Assembly (NCBI GenBank): GCA_963713925.1
Contig: OY970212.1
Span: 1,212,274-1,276,273 of the forward strand
Reading direction: 5' to 3'
DNA length: 64,000 nt
From: an uncultured bacterium
GTDB taxonomy: Bacteria; Babelota; Babeliae; Babelales; Vermiphilaceae
Every line of letters starts with the position of its first letter. The first letter of the stretch is position 1. Made by a program: the position numbers and the translations under genes. The notes beneath the pieces are model-generated. The model was not told the origin of the DNA, did no database searches, and saw only the letters and a list, made by a program, of their open reading frames with translations. Shown piece by piece: positions 46,090 through 56,295 of this stretch.

Positions 46090-47466
46090 TTGAGTAAAAT
46101 GTACAATACCTCACTGTTCATTTTTAGAAGAGATTTGAGGCTTTTTGACAATACTGCTTTAATTGCGGCATGTGTCTCATCAAAACATGTTATCCCTGCA
46201 TTCATTTTTGATCCTCGTCAAATCGGCAATGAAAACGGCTTTAAAAGTTTAGCTGCCCTACAATTCATGATCCACTCTCTTCAAGAGCTTAACCGAGAGC
46301 TCGTAAAACAGAGGACGACGCTTGCCATTTTTTATGGCAAGGCCCATGATATAGTCGCTCAACTAATACAACATGTTGCTCTTGATGCTATCTTTGTAAA
46401 TAGAGATTATACTCCATTTAGCATCGCGCGTGATGCGGCAATTAAGAAAATTTGTGTCGAACACAAAAAAGAATTTATATCTCATCCTGATGCGCTTCTT
46501 AATAAACCCGAGGCAATTTTTAGTCAATCAAAAACGCCATACACTCTTTTTACACCATTTTTTAAAAAGGCTATCACTATCCCTGTTTTGCCTGCTCAGA
46601 AATTATTGCGATCCCAGTGGTATACAAATACAATTCCCAATGATCAAGGAATCGATTTTTGCACAAAAATTTTGGTCTCTCAACAACAATCTCTCTTGCT
46701 ACAGGGCGGAAGAAAAGAAGCTCTTTCAATACTTAAAAACATTTGCTCCTTCAAAAATTATTTGCAAACACATGATTATCCCTCTCTTCCTACAACACAT
46801 CTATCAGCTCATCTGAAATTTGGTACTCTATCAATCCGTGAAGTATATCATACGTTTATCAAAGAATTGGGTTACGAACATCCCCTCATTCGTCAATTAT
46901 ATTGGCGAGATTTTTTTTATCATGTGGCTTACCACTCTCCCTTTGTTTTTGGCCATGCGTTTCAAAAAAAATATGACTCATTAGCATGGAAAAATAATGA
47001 AGATGATTTTCGAAAATGGTGCGATGGGCTGACAGGTTTTCCGATCGTTGACGCTGGAATGAGAGAACTCAATAAAACAGGGTTTATGCACAACAGAGTT
47101 CGTATGATAGTCGCATCATTTCTAACCAAAGATCTTCACATCGATTGGCGGTGGGGTGAGCGTTATTTTGCACAAAAATTAATAGACTACGACCCAGCGG
47201 TTAACAATGGAAATTGGCAGTGGGCTGCATCAACAGGATCCGATGCTCAACCTTATTTTCGTATTTTTAACCCTTGGCTACAACAAAAAAAATTCGATGC
47301 TCATTGCGTATACATTAAAAAGTGGCTACCCGAGTTAAGCCATTTAACTCCAAAACAGATTCATAGGCTTGAGAAAAAAGAGATAAAAGGACTTAAATAT
47401 CCACGGCCAATGATTGATCATGCTAAAGAAAGTACCCTGGCAAAGCGAATGTATAAACGATCATAA
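46090..47466 (+). CDS. phr: deoxyribodipyrimidine photolyase (class I CPD photolyase/cryptochrome family)
   Basis: FRRDLRLFDNTAL. FAD-binding block TGFPIVDAGMRELNKTGFMHNRVRMIVASFLTKDLHIDWRWGERYF...DYDPAVNNGNWQWAASTGSDAQPYFRIFNP. Start is either TTG 46090 or ATG 46099. Confidence 0.9.
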   Translation: MSKMYNTSLFIFRRDLRLFDNTALIAACVSSKHVIPAFIFDPRQIGNENGFKSLAALQFMIHSLQELNRELVKQRTTLAIFYGKAHDIVAQLIQHVALDAIFVNRDYTPFSIARDAAIKKICVEHKKEFISHPDALLNKPEAIFSQSKTPYTLFTPFFKKAITIPVLPAQKLLRSQWYTNTIPNDQGIDFCTKILVSQQQSLLLQGGRKEALSILKNICSFKNYLQTHDYPSLPTTHLSAHLKFGTLSIREVYHTFIKELGYEHPLIRQLYWRDFFYHVAYHSPFVFGHAFQKKYDSLAWKNNEDDFRKWCDGLTGFPIVDAGMRELNKTGFMHNRVRMIVASFLTKDLHIDWRWGERYFAQKLIDYDPAVNNGNWQWAASTGSDAQPYFRIFNPWLQQKKFDAHCVYIKKWLPELSHLTPKQIHRLEKKEIKGLKYPRPMIDHAKESTLAKRMYKRS

Positions 47467-47475
47467 TAAAAAAGA

Positions 47476-47805
47476 TTATTTCGATGCGTCCTTAAACTGA
47501 TTAGCAACATATTTACTCAAAGCAGATTTAAGTTGTGGATTTTCGCTCTCAAGAGGAGTAAGCAAGCTGTCAATTCTTGTTTTTAAGTCCACATTAAACT
47601 TCTGAGGATTTGATAAAACAAGCGTGAGTAATTCAGGAGATAATTTAGTTGTCATGTTTAAATTTAAAGTATGGATCCTATCAGCTCTAGTCTTACAAGC
47701 TAGAGATGTTCCATCAGAAGATATTTTAATTGCACACGGTATACCCCTCTGAACAAGTTCAACAGAATTTACTTTCTGTTTTTTCTTAAGATCGAATAAC
47801 ACCAA
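47476..47805 (-). CDS. hypothetical protein
   Basis: 109-aa ORF directly downstream of the 47825-48484 gene on the same strand. No signal peptide and no family recognised. Confidence 0.45.
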   Translation of the reverse strand: MVLFDLKKKQKVNSVELVQRGIPCAIKISSDGTSLACKTRADRIHTLNLNMTTKLSPELLTLVLSNPQKFNVDLKTRIDSLLTPLESENPQLKSALSKYVANQFKDASK

Positions 47806-47824
47806 GCTCGCTATGAATTCTTTT

Positions 47825-48484
47825 TTAAAGACATTCTTTAGCGGTCATTGCAAAATTCTGATGCTTTTCAGGTTTGACAAACAGACAAGACATAACATCA
47901 ATTAACGTCCTATTGTCGATGATAAAATAAACAGAAGATATATAGGCAGGATGCGATCCCTTTTTAATTATAAAGTGATAATTATTTCCGAATATCTCCC
48001 TGCATGCCTTCATTTTTTTCAGAAAAGAAAATGCCTCTTGTTCATTCATGGGAAGAGCTGTCTTTATCAACGGCTTCGCGTTATTGGTTCTCATGACTTT
48101 GACCAACCCTAATGCCTCTGCAACATATTTTTTATAATTCGATCTTATTTCAACAGCATTTTTAACTGTTACGTCTGAATTGAGTTCAAAATCGATGTCG
48201 GAAAATGATCTTCGAGCAATGATATTTAACAAAAGTTGTAACTCACTGCTTTGCTTTTCACATCTCTTAAAATAGGTGCCAGAGGACCGAGAATCGTCCG
48301 TCAAATCAACCGGAATCATTTGAGTAGTAAAGCGGTACGAACACTCAGTAGACGGACTGAGTTCAAGTGTTTCTGCTTGATAGTAACTTCCCGCATTTGC
48401 CAAAACAATCGACATCTCTTGGCTTGCCCCGATCGAAAGAGTAAAGACGAATAGATTGCATAGGATGCATTTTATAATATTCAT
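47825..48484 (-). CDS. hypothetical secreted protein
   Basis: 219 aa. Signal peptide MNIIKCILCNLFVFTLSIGASQ. No family recognised. Confidence 0.5.
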   Translation of the reverse strand: MNIIKCILCNLFVFTLSIGASQEMSIVLANAGSYYQAETLELSPSTECSYRFTTQMIPVDLTDDSRSSGTYFKRCEKQSSELQLLLNIIARRSFSDIDFELNSDVTVKNAVEIRSNYKKYVAEALGLVKVMRTNNAKPLIKTALPMNEQEAFSFLKKMKACREIFGNNYHFIIKKGSHPAYISSVYFIIDNRTLIDVMSCLFVKPEKHQNFAMTAKECL

Positions 48485-48513
48485 GGTGATGTATTGAAAT
48501 GGTAGTGTAAACC

Positions 48514-49038
48514 TTATAAAACTTCGAAATCTTTATACAGCATACTTGGCTGCACACCTAAGTTGTTTTGGTATTTATTACTCGAATACAAATTGTAATC
48601 GCCTTCAATGGTGTGATAGAAGATCTGACAAATTTCAACTTCGGGATACACACGAATCGGTTGAACACAGAAAATTTCGAGCGTCCAAAATCCGCTGAAT
48701 CCAACATCGCCAAATCCTGCAGTTATATGAATGAACAATCCGAGCCGTCCGATGGATGATCGCCCTTCCAACATAGGCACACATGAAAGCGTCTTCGTGT
48801 ATTCCATCGTGCGTCCCAGATAAAGTTTCCCGGGCTCAAGCTCCAGACCTTCTGCTGGAATGATAATTTTTTCAACCTCATTTTTTTTCTTCATATCCAA
48901 GACAGGATCCGAGTAAACCAACAACTCATTATGTAGTCGAAGATTGTAACTGTTAGGACCAAGCTGTTTTTCGTTAAATGGTTCAATAACAATATCAGAA
49001 CCCAAACGCCTTTTGATCTCTTTTCCTGATAAAATCAT
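48514..49038 (-). CDS. dcd: dCTP deaminase
   Basis: MILSGKEIKRRL, GRSSIGRLGLFIH and GFWTLEI blocks. Start at the ATG (complement of 49036-49038) after GGAG. Confidence 0.9.
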   Translation of the reverse strand: MILSGKEIKRRLGSDIVIEPFNEKQLGPNSYNLRLHNELLVYSDPVLDMKKKNEVEKIIIPAEGLELEPGKLYLGRTMEYTKTLSCVPMLEGRSSIGRLGLFIHITAGFGDVGFSGFWTLEIFCVQPIRVYPEVEICQIFYHTIEGDYNLYSSNKYQNNLGVQPSMLYKDFEVL

Positions 49039-49153
49039 CGTTTCTCCGCTCACTCGGTTCAAAGATTGTAAGATTGTAACAACCTGTTAAAATTACGGTA
49101 TCATAAATTATTGCAGAAAACAAAAATGCATCAAATATGTATGAGGTAGTAAC

Positions 49154-50155
49154 ATGGAACGTCATGCCCAAGGCACACAGTTTGAAACTTTACATATCGA
49201 GCATATCAAAGAAGAAGCACAAAAAATTGCTCAAGTCATCGATCAAGTAAGCAAAGTTGTTATTGGTCAGACAAAAGCGATAGAAAGCATGGTTCTTGCT
49301 CTTTTGTGCAATGGCCATATTTTGCTTGAAGGTGTCCCCGGCGTTGCAAAGACAACTATGATCAAATCTATCGCACAAGCATTGGGACTCAAATTCACTC
49401 GCATACAATTCACGCCCGATCTCATGCCAGCCGATGTCATCGGAACTATGATCTACAACGCAAAAACGCACGAATTTGAAACACGCAAAGGTCCTATCTT
49501 TGCAAATCTCATTCTCGCTGACGAAATTAACCGCGCGCCCGCAAAAGTGCAATCTGCGCTGCTTGAAGCAATGCAAGAACAGCAAGTGACTATTGGTTCA
49601 ACTTCATATCATCTCGATAAACCTTTCTTTGTGTTTGCAACACAAAACCCGATAGAACAAGAGGGCACCTATCGCTTGCCTGAAGCTCAAGTTGATCGTT
49701 TCATGTTTAAAATCTCTGTGAACTATCCTTCACGAGAACATGAGCGACAAATGATTCTCTCAAAGCAACTCAAGCCCACTATTACCCCCGTTATATCCGG
49801 GGCTGAACTCAACAGTATGCAAGGCATCGTCGAAAGCGTGTATTGTGATCCTAAAATTTTGGATTACATTTTATCTTTGGTGTTTGCAACGCGTGATCCT
49901 GAAAGTTATAACCTCAAAATTTTGAAAAGCTACATCACCTCAGGCGCATCTCCTCGAGCCACCATTGCATTAGTGCACGCCTCAAAAGCATATGCTTTTT
50001 TAAAACAGCGACATTATATTATTCCCGATGATGTGAAAGCAGTGGCGTATGATATTTTGTGCCACAGAATTAGTCTGAGCTATGGAGCGGAATCAGAAAA
50101 CATTCAGGCATTCCATATCATACAAAAAATTATAAATACGATTCCTACGCCGTAA
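49154..50155 (+). CDS. MoxR-family AAA+ ATPase
   Basis: Walker A GVPGVAKT. LILADEINRAPAKVQSALLEAMQE. FATQNPIEQEGTYRLPEAQVDRF. Confidence 0.9.
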   Translation: MERHAQGTQFETLHIEHIKEEAQKIAQVIDQVSKVVIGQTKAIESMVLALLCNGHILLEGVPGVAKTTMIKSIAQALGLKFTRIQFTPDLMPADVIGTMIYNAKTHEFETRKGPIFANLILADEINRAPAKVQSALLEAMQEQQVTIGSTSYHLDKPFFVFATQNPIEQEGTYRLPEAQVDRFMFKISVNYPSREHERQMILSKQLKPTITPVISGAELNSMQGIVESVYCDPKILDYILSLVFATRDPESYNLKILKSYITSGASPRATIALVHASKAYAFLKQRHYIIPDDVKAVAYDILCHRISLSYGAESENIQAFHIIQKIINTIPTP

Positions 50156-50391
50156 TGTTGACTATTGATACGCGCATGGCAAAAGACCGGCTTGACAAAA
50201 AAATCATTCGATGGTTATTGTGTGAGATAAGCAAAAGTGAAGCAGTGCTTGAATATGATAAGTTATCCCACACGACCGCTAACACTCCGCATGAGGACCT
50301 TTACAACGGGTTCCCTATGAACGTAGGCCCCAAACGAACCATGGGTAAAAGTGTTGCGGAATATGGGTATAAATAAAAGGGATCAAAGAGT

Positions 50392-51501
50392 ATGAGACAT
50401 CCATTTTGGATTTTGAATTCAGTGCTCGTTTTTTTGATCGCCCTGTTGGCCGGCTACCTCTATCTGAGCTATCAAACTCCTCTAGAGCGCACAGAAATAG
50501 AAGCTGCGCCGGTTCGTCCTGTATCTAAAAAAAGTGAACAAAAAATAATCATCGAACGTATTTACGAAAATGATATTTTCGGCACAACGCCGCGCAAAGT
50601 GATCAAAGAAGAATCCGCTGCCGAACTCGTACAAAAAATGCCCGAACCACCACGTCCCGTGAAAGAGGAAGCTCCTCCGGAGGCAGAAGTCACTTTTCTT
50701 GATCCATTACCTATAAAATTAAGGGGGATCATGACTTTTGCTCTTGATGACTCGAAAAATAGAGCCGTTATTGAAGCGAGCGCAGGCAATGAGGCATTAT
50801 TCCGCGTTGGCGATATGATTGAAGATGCCCAATTGCTCAGAATTTTTGCAAATAAAATTATCATCATCCGCTCAAACGGTCAGCAAGAAGTTCTCTACCT
50901 GAGAGAAAAAGATGCATTGCTCGATCCAACATACGCAAACGCGCTCGGCTGGAACGATGTCGTGAAACAAATTTCACCTTCTGAGTTTTCAATTAATGTA
51001 TCAGCATTTACGACTCGAGTAACAAATATCAGTCAGCTCCTTGATATGCTTGATATCACGACCATTTACCAAAAAGGTGAAAACTTTGGCTGCCGCATCG
51101 GATCTATTGATGAACATTCTCTGGGTGCTTCGCTTGGGTTTATCAGGGGAGATATTATTACATCAGTCAACGATATTCCCGCTACAAGCACCGCGCAACG
51201 ATTCAAGATCTACAAAACCGTTGTCGGGCTAAACCCTGAAGAAAAAATTGTCATGAAGTTCTTGCGCAGATCACAAGGAAGCTGGAAAGAAATGGAATTC
51301 ACGTACACATTGCAAGAAGTGCGCAAAAAAGCACAAAAACCAAGAACATTTGAACCAACAGAAAACGAAAAGAAACAACGAGAGATCGTTGCAAAAAAAC
51401 ATACCTTAGCTCCAACCATTTCTGATATTCGAAATAGAGAACGTCAGAACATGAAAGAACAAGGGAAAAAACCAACCTCATTAATCACTCCTCAGTCATG
51501 A
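50392..51501 (+). CDS. GspC/PilP-like inner-membrane protein with PDZ domain
   Basis: N-terminal TM helix. HR-like beta block (NRAVIEASAGNEALFRVGDMIEDAQLLRIFANKIIIIRSNGQQEVLYL). PDZ-like block (GASLGFIRGDIITSVNDIP). First gene of the secretin operon. Confidence 0.65.
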   Translation: MRHPFWILNSVLVFLIALLAGYLYLSYQTPLERTEIEAAPVRPVSKKSEQKIIIERIYENDIFGTTPRKVIKEESAAELVQKMPEPPRPVKEEAPPEAEVTFLDPLPIKLRGIMTFALDDSKNRAVIEASAGNEALFRVGDMIEDAQLLRIFANKIIIIRSNGQQEVLYLREKDALLDPTYANALGWNDVVKQISPSEFSINVSAFTTRVTNISQLLDMLDITTIYQKGENFGCRIGSIDEHSLGASLGFIRGDIITSVNDIPATSTAQRFKIYKTVVGLNPEEKIVMKFLRRSQGSWKEMEFTYTLQEVRKKAQKPRTFEPTENEKKQREIVAKKHTLAPTISDIRNRERQNMKEQGKKPTSLITPQS

Positions 51502-51508
51502 GAACAGT

Positions 51509-54100
51509 ATGAAAAAAAAGAATATACCATACATCACCGGCGTTCTGCTCGCGCTGAGTTGTTTTATGACTCTCAGCACATGGCCGCATAATAAACGCGC
51601 TCGCGCCCGAAATGTTATCATGGCTTCAGCAGAAGATGCGGTAGCGCAGGTTGAACATGATGTCGCTACCCATGTTGAAGTGGTCGACCTGGCTGCAGAT
51701 ACTCAGGTAACTGAGCAACGGAAAAAAGAAGATCAAAAGATCGTCGATCTTGATAATAAAAATGAACCGATTGCAAAAGCGCGCGAGGAAAGTGCTGATG
51801 AATTTAAAGCAATTGAACCTCAAGAAAATCCTCAACTGAAAGAATCTGTTGATTTCGAAGATCTTGAACGTGAAAATGCCGAATCTCAAGAAGATTTAAT
51901 AGAATTCAATTTTGAAAACGCAAGTTTGGAACAGCTTATTTCATATGTTGCGGATGTTTTTGATTATCAATTCATCACTCCCGATGCTGTTGATCCGGTG
52001 GCCAAAGATGAGAAAAAAATTAAAGGAAACTTGATATCATTCAAAACGCAAAAGCCTCTCTCCAAGCCTGAAGTATGGAACCTCTTTCTCACGTTCATTG
52101 ATATGTCCGGCTTTGCCGTTGTGCCTTTTAATGATGAACCGAAAATTTTCAGAATTGTCACAAAAGATCCCGGAGCAGGACCTATCACTCGCGCACCAGT
52201 TCCTACCTTTATCGGCGTTGACCCAACAGAAATTCCAACAGCCGTTGCTTCAAGCGATCAAGTGATCCGTTACATCTATTTTATTAAAAATAGCACCACT
52301 GACGCATTTATCGGAGGCACCGGTAATCCGCGCATCTTAGATCAAATTAAAAGTCCCCAATCAACGATTTTAGCTCTCAAAGAGCATAACGCGCTTCTTA
52401 TTATCGATAAAGCGTTCAACATTTTCAATTTGATGAAGATCGTCAAAGAGCTTGATAAGGTGAGCTTGCCGCAAGCGATGTCCGTATTGAAACTTCGCAA
52501 AGCTGATGCTATTGAGGTTAAAAATCTGTATGAAAGCTTGATCAAACCGGACGAAAAAACCCCCATGCCTAATCGGTTGTTACAACGCAAACAACCGACT
52601 GCTGCCTATTTTCCTGAAAATGTAAAAATTATTGCTGAACCCCGTACCAATTCTCTTATCTTGCTTGGTCCAATCGATACCATTAAAAAGATTGAAGATT
52701 TTATTGTGGAACACGTAGACGTTTCTATGGAGAAGCCCTTTTCTCCGCTGTATGTCTACGATGTAAAATATGCGAATGCTGAAACAATTGCTCGCATCAT
52801 GAATGAGACTACTAAATTTGGAGAAACCTGGGATGAAGCCTCAAAAACGGCTCGTGCCGTGGGGGCTGTTCGCGGAGGCATTGATCAATATTTCAAACCG
52901 ATGCGCTTTGTAGCCGAGATGGCAACTAATAGAATTATTATCAAGGGAAACTATGATGATTATATTAAGGCCGTTGACATTATTAAGCAACTTGATGAAC
53001 CGCAACCGCAAGTTGCCGTTGAAATTTTAGTGATACAACTGAGCTTGGAAGAACTCAAAATTTTAGGGACTCAAATGAGATCCAAAGAGCCGTGTGGAAC
53101 GAATGGAATTTTCGGAAAAAACATTACGTATCAAACATCCGGAAGCTTCACCGGATCCAGCAACACAGCTCAAGGATTACAATTGCAGACTCCAAGTAGT
53201 ACCGGCACGAGCTCTCCTGCCGGCGCCACACAACTGCTGGGTAACTTGCTCAACTTGGTGACTACTGCCGGAGCCGGAAATACCGTTGTTTCTTTGGGCG
53301 ATGCTTTGGGAGCGTGGGCAGTCATTCAAGCGCTTGAAAGCCTCACTTCGACACAATTGGTCGCTAACCCTTTCTTAATTGCGACTAATAAAACAAAATC
53401 AAAAGTATCGGTCACTACGATTGAACGTGTGATTGACTCACAAATCTTACAAACCGGTAGCAGTACTTCAAACACCTTCAAGGACGAAGAAGCAGGGCTT
53501 AATGTGTACGTTGAACCTCAAATTTCTTCCGATGGTATGATTACTCTGAACATAGCCGTAGAATCATCCCAATTCGTGGGTGCTGTTTTTAACCCTGCCT
53601 TTGTGCAAAAAATCGTTCGGGGCCTGCAAACAAAAACGGTTGTTGCCGACAAAGAGGTCATTGCGCTCGGAGGCATTATCCAATCAACCGCGACTGACAA
53701 TGCAAACAAAGTGCCTCTTTTGGCAGATATTCCTTTATTGGGTTGGTTTTTCAAAAATAAATCTAACGACGTTGTGCGTGATGTGCTTTTGATTTTAGTT
53801 GCAACGCAGCTCATACCTGCAGAAAAAGACAGTGAGCGTATTGAAACCTTTAACAAACGTCGCATGAATCAATATGAAGAGATTCTTGCCGATACGTATG
53901 ACAATGCGGCATCGCGTGATCCGATTAATAAGTTTTTCTTTGAAAACAACTATGGCGGTCCGCGCGAGCTTTATGAAGAATATATGTTGGATCCACGGGA
54001 TCATCCGGCTCGCAGCGGCGCACGAAGAAGAAAACGTTTTGACCAAAAGCAAGAAGCAACCACTACCGCTGAAAATGAACTGAGAGGAGTTGCTTCATGA
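51509..54100 (+). CDS. secretin (GspD/PilQ family), copy A
   Basis: N0-like start of the periplasmic domains (IEFNFENASLEQLISYVADVF). C-terminal secretin signature VIALGGIIQSTATDNANKVPLLADIPLLGWFFKNKSN...LLILVATQLI. Confidence 0.85.
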   Translation: MKKKNIPYITGVLLALSCFMTLSTWPHNKRARARNVIMASAEDAVAQVEHDVATHVEVVDLAADTQVTEQRKKEDQKIVDLDNKNEPIAKAREESADEFKAIEPQENPQLKESVDFEDLERENAESQEDLIEFNFENASLEQLISYVADVFDYQFITPDAVDPVAKDEKKIKGNLISFKTQKPLSKPEVWNLFLTFIDMSGFAVVPFNDEPKIFRIVTKDPGAGPITRAPVPTFIGVDPTEIPTAVASSDQVIRYIYFIKNSTTDAFIGGTGNPRILDQIKSPQSTILALKEHNALLIIDKAFNIFNLMKIVKELDKVSLPQAMSVLKLRKADAIEVKNLYESLIKPDEKTPMPNRLLQRKQPTAAYFPENVKIIAEPRTNSLILLGPIDTIKKIEDFIVEHVDVSMEKPFSPLYVYDVKYANAETIARIMNETTKFGETWDEASKTARAVGAVRGGIDQYFKPMRFVAEMATNRIIIKGNYDDYIKAVDIIKQLDEPQPQVAVEILVIQLSLEELKILGTQMRSKEPCGTNGIFGKNITYQTSGSFTGSSNTAQGLQLQTPSSTGTSSPAGATQLLGNLLNLVTTAGAGNTVVSLGDALGAWAVIQALESLTSTQLVANPFLIATNKTKSKVSVTTIERVIDSQILQTGSSTSNTFKDEEAGLNVYVEPQISSDGMITLNIAVESSQFVGAVFNPAFVQKIVRGLQTKTVVADKEVIALGGIIQSTATDNANKVPLLADIPLLGWFFKNKSNDVVRDVLLILVATQLIPAEKDSERIETFNKRRMNQYEEILADTYDNAASRDPINKFFFENNYGGPRELYEEYMLDPRDHPARSGARRRKRFDQKQEATTTAENELRGVAS

Positions 54101-55728
54101 TTCGCGATATTTTCATCCCAAATCGTATCGGTTCCTATTACCTCTTTCCGCAACGGATCGTCGGCATCGATATACAACCGCATGCGATCTATGCGACTGT
54201 GCTCTATTTGTATAAACGTATCATCGCTATTGAAAAGCAATTGAGTCGACCGGTTGCGGAAAACAGCGCACCAGAGCAAACAGCACAGGTGCTTAAAGAG
54301 CTCTTTGAATCGATAGGCTCATATGATTATGTCGCGACGGTATTGCCAAGTTCATATGCGGTATTTAAAACAATCACTCTGCCTTTCACCAACAAAGAGA
54401 AGATCGGCATGGTGATTGGATACGAGCTGGAGCCCGGATTGCCCTTTGCGCTTTCCGATGCAGCAATCGGATTTATCACAACCGCTGTTGATGAACAAGA
54501 ACAATCAACGGAAGTTGTTGCAGTTGCTATCAAAAAAGAGTATCTGCAAGCACATAAAACGATTTTCGAACTCGCCGGCATCACACCGGAACTTGTATCT
54601 ATCGATAGCTTGGTAAATTTCGAAATAATAAAAAGCACCGCTACGTTCAAGCAACGCAGTTCGCAACCAGTTGCGCTTATTAACATCAAAGATGCTGAGA
54701 CAGAAGTAAGCTATATCTTGAATGGTGCACTGAAACTGATCCGAACACTTCCGACAGGGATGTACGATATTCTCAAGGGAGTTGCACAAAAAACAGGTTC
54801 TTCCATCGCAAAAGTAAAAACACTCATTGATCAGTATGGAGTGCTCAATAATCCTGATCACACCTTTGATGCGGCAATTAAGGAATCATGTAATAGCTTG
54901 ATTCAATCAATTGCATTCACGTGCAATACCTTCAGTCAACGAGTCAATTTTCCACCGATACAATCAAGCCTTCTTGTCGGTGCAGCCACGCAACTCAAGG
55001 AGATGGAAACGCTTATATCACAAAAATTAAGCACTCCGTGCACTTCCATACCTACTGCAGAATTGATGGGCGCGCAAGATGTATCACTTAAACCATCGCA
55101 AGAGTATTTGTCCAGTTTCGCAGTTGCACACGCCTTTGCAAATGCACGCAATGCCAATATTGCGACACAAGAATCGACTCAACGAGATTTATCACTCGTT
55201 ACCAAACAAATTATAACAGTGGGCATTCTTTCCTTGCTCTTAGTAGCAACTGTTGGCGTCAGCACCTTTATGCAACTGAGACATTGGAATGCCGAATATA
55301 ATAGCTCATTGGAGCAAGCTATTCAAGAACTCAAATCAATTCCGGGCGCAACCGCAGCCCCTGGGCAGGAGGAAGAGGGTGAAGCTCCTTCAGAATCCCT
55401 TGAATCATACATTGCACGAGCTAAAACACTGGTTGCGCAACGCAAAAATCTTGTCGATCAATTTTCTCCGGCTCATAAACGATCAATGCTTGAATACCTC
55501 TTGGAGCTTTCAAAATTAGATAGAGACGAGCTTGGTCTGAACATGGAGCGATTAACGCTTACTCCACAAAAAATGGTTATCAAGGGGCGTGTCAAAGGAC
55601 CTAATGAAATTGCCATAGTAAGAAACGTAATTGAAGGTTCTCATTTGTTTGGACAATATACTCCATCACATGGTCTTTCAAATCCTGAATTTAGTGCGAC
55701 CATCACTCTAACATCAAAGAGGCCATAG
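54097..55728 (+). CDS. GspL-like / PilM-PilN fusion-like assembly protein
   Basis: The actin-fold N-terminal domain begins IVGIDIQPHAIYATVL. One TM helix (IITVGILSLLLVATVGVSTFM). Periplasmic C-terminal domain. The start overlaps the secretin stop (ATGA). Confidence 0.65.
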   Translation: MIRDIFIPNRIGSYYLFPQRIVGIDIQPHAIYATVLYLYKRIIAIEKQLSRPVAENSAPEQTAQVLKELFESIGSYDYVATVLPSSYAVFKTITLPFTNKEKIGMVIGYELEPGLPFALSDAAIGFITTAVDEQEQSTEVVAVAIKKEYLQAHKTIFELAGITPELVSIDSLVNFEIIKSTATFKQRSSQPVALINIKDAETEVSYILNGALKLIRTLPTGMYDILKGVAQKTGSSIAKVKTLIDQYGVLNNPDHTFDAAIKESCNSLIQSIAFTCNTFSQRVNFPPIQSSLLVGAATQLKEMETLISQKLSTPCTSIPTAELMGAQDVSLKPSQEYLSSFAVAHAFANARNANIATQESTQRDLSLVTKQIITVGILSLLLVATVGVSTFMQLRHWNAEYNSSLEQAIQELKSIPGATAAPGQEEEGEAPSESLESYIARAKTLVAQRKNLVDQFSPAHKRSMLEYLLELSKLDRDELGLNMERLTLTPQKMVIKGRVKGPNEIAIVRNVIEGSHLFGQYTPSHGLSNPEFSATITLTSKRP

Positions 55729-55729
55729 C

Positions 55730-56275
55730 ATGAATATCTTTAAACGCCTCCAGGAATATTTCGATTCACTCGATTACACCGGATTTTTGAAAGTTATCGG
55801 CATATATGCCTCGATACTTACACTCATTGTTGGTGGGCTTTTGTATTGGAAATCATATAAAATGGAAATCCTGACTGAATCTCTCGATGATTTAAATAGT
55901 AAACGAGAAGAAATCAAAAAATTGCTCACCTCCTATAAAGCATTAGAGCAAGAGCAAAAAAATGTTGATTCAATCATTACCAAAGACCCTGATTTTAATT
56001 TGGCGGCCTATTTTGAAAATTTGTTGCAAAGTTTCAAGGTTAAGCAATCGAAAAAAGTGGCTATCATCAGTCGCGCTACCAAAGCCAACAACTATATTGA
56101 AGAAATAGCAAGTGCCGACCTGGTTGAAATAGATATGAAAACGTTAACGGAAATTATCCAAGAGCTTGACAGCAATAATAGAATCACCATTCAAAAATTG
56201 GACATTACCAAAACAATGGCCACGACCGTCAATGTCAGCATTGATGTAGCAACATTGCTCAAAAAGAGCGCATAA
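55730..56275 (+). CDS. GspM/PilO-like bitopic membrane protein
   Basis: TM helix, coiled coil, then a ferredoxin-like pattern (IEEIASADLVEIDMKTLTEIIQELDSNNRITIQKLDI). Starts 2 nt after the upstream stop. Confidence 0.55.
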   Translation: MNIFKRLQEYFDSLDYTGFLKVIGIYASILTLIVGGLLYWKSYKMEILTESLDDLNSKREEIKKLLTSYKALEQEQKNVDSIITKDPDFNLAAYFENLLQSFKVKQSKKVAIISRATKANNYIEEIASADLVEIDMKTLTEIIQELDSNNRITIQKLDITKTMATTVNVSIDVATLLKKSA

Positions 56276-56295
56276 AAAACTAAGGAATTATACTT

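Noticed and set aside
50155-50376. 73-aa ORF downstream of moxR
   Set aside because: Its 3' half is a dispersed hairpin repeat module and it has no RBS or family features. It is probably non-coding, but it is noted because a MoxR partner gene would be expected here.
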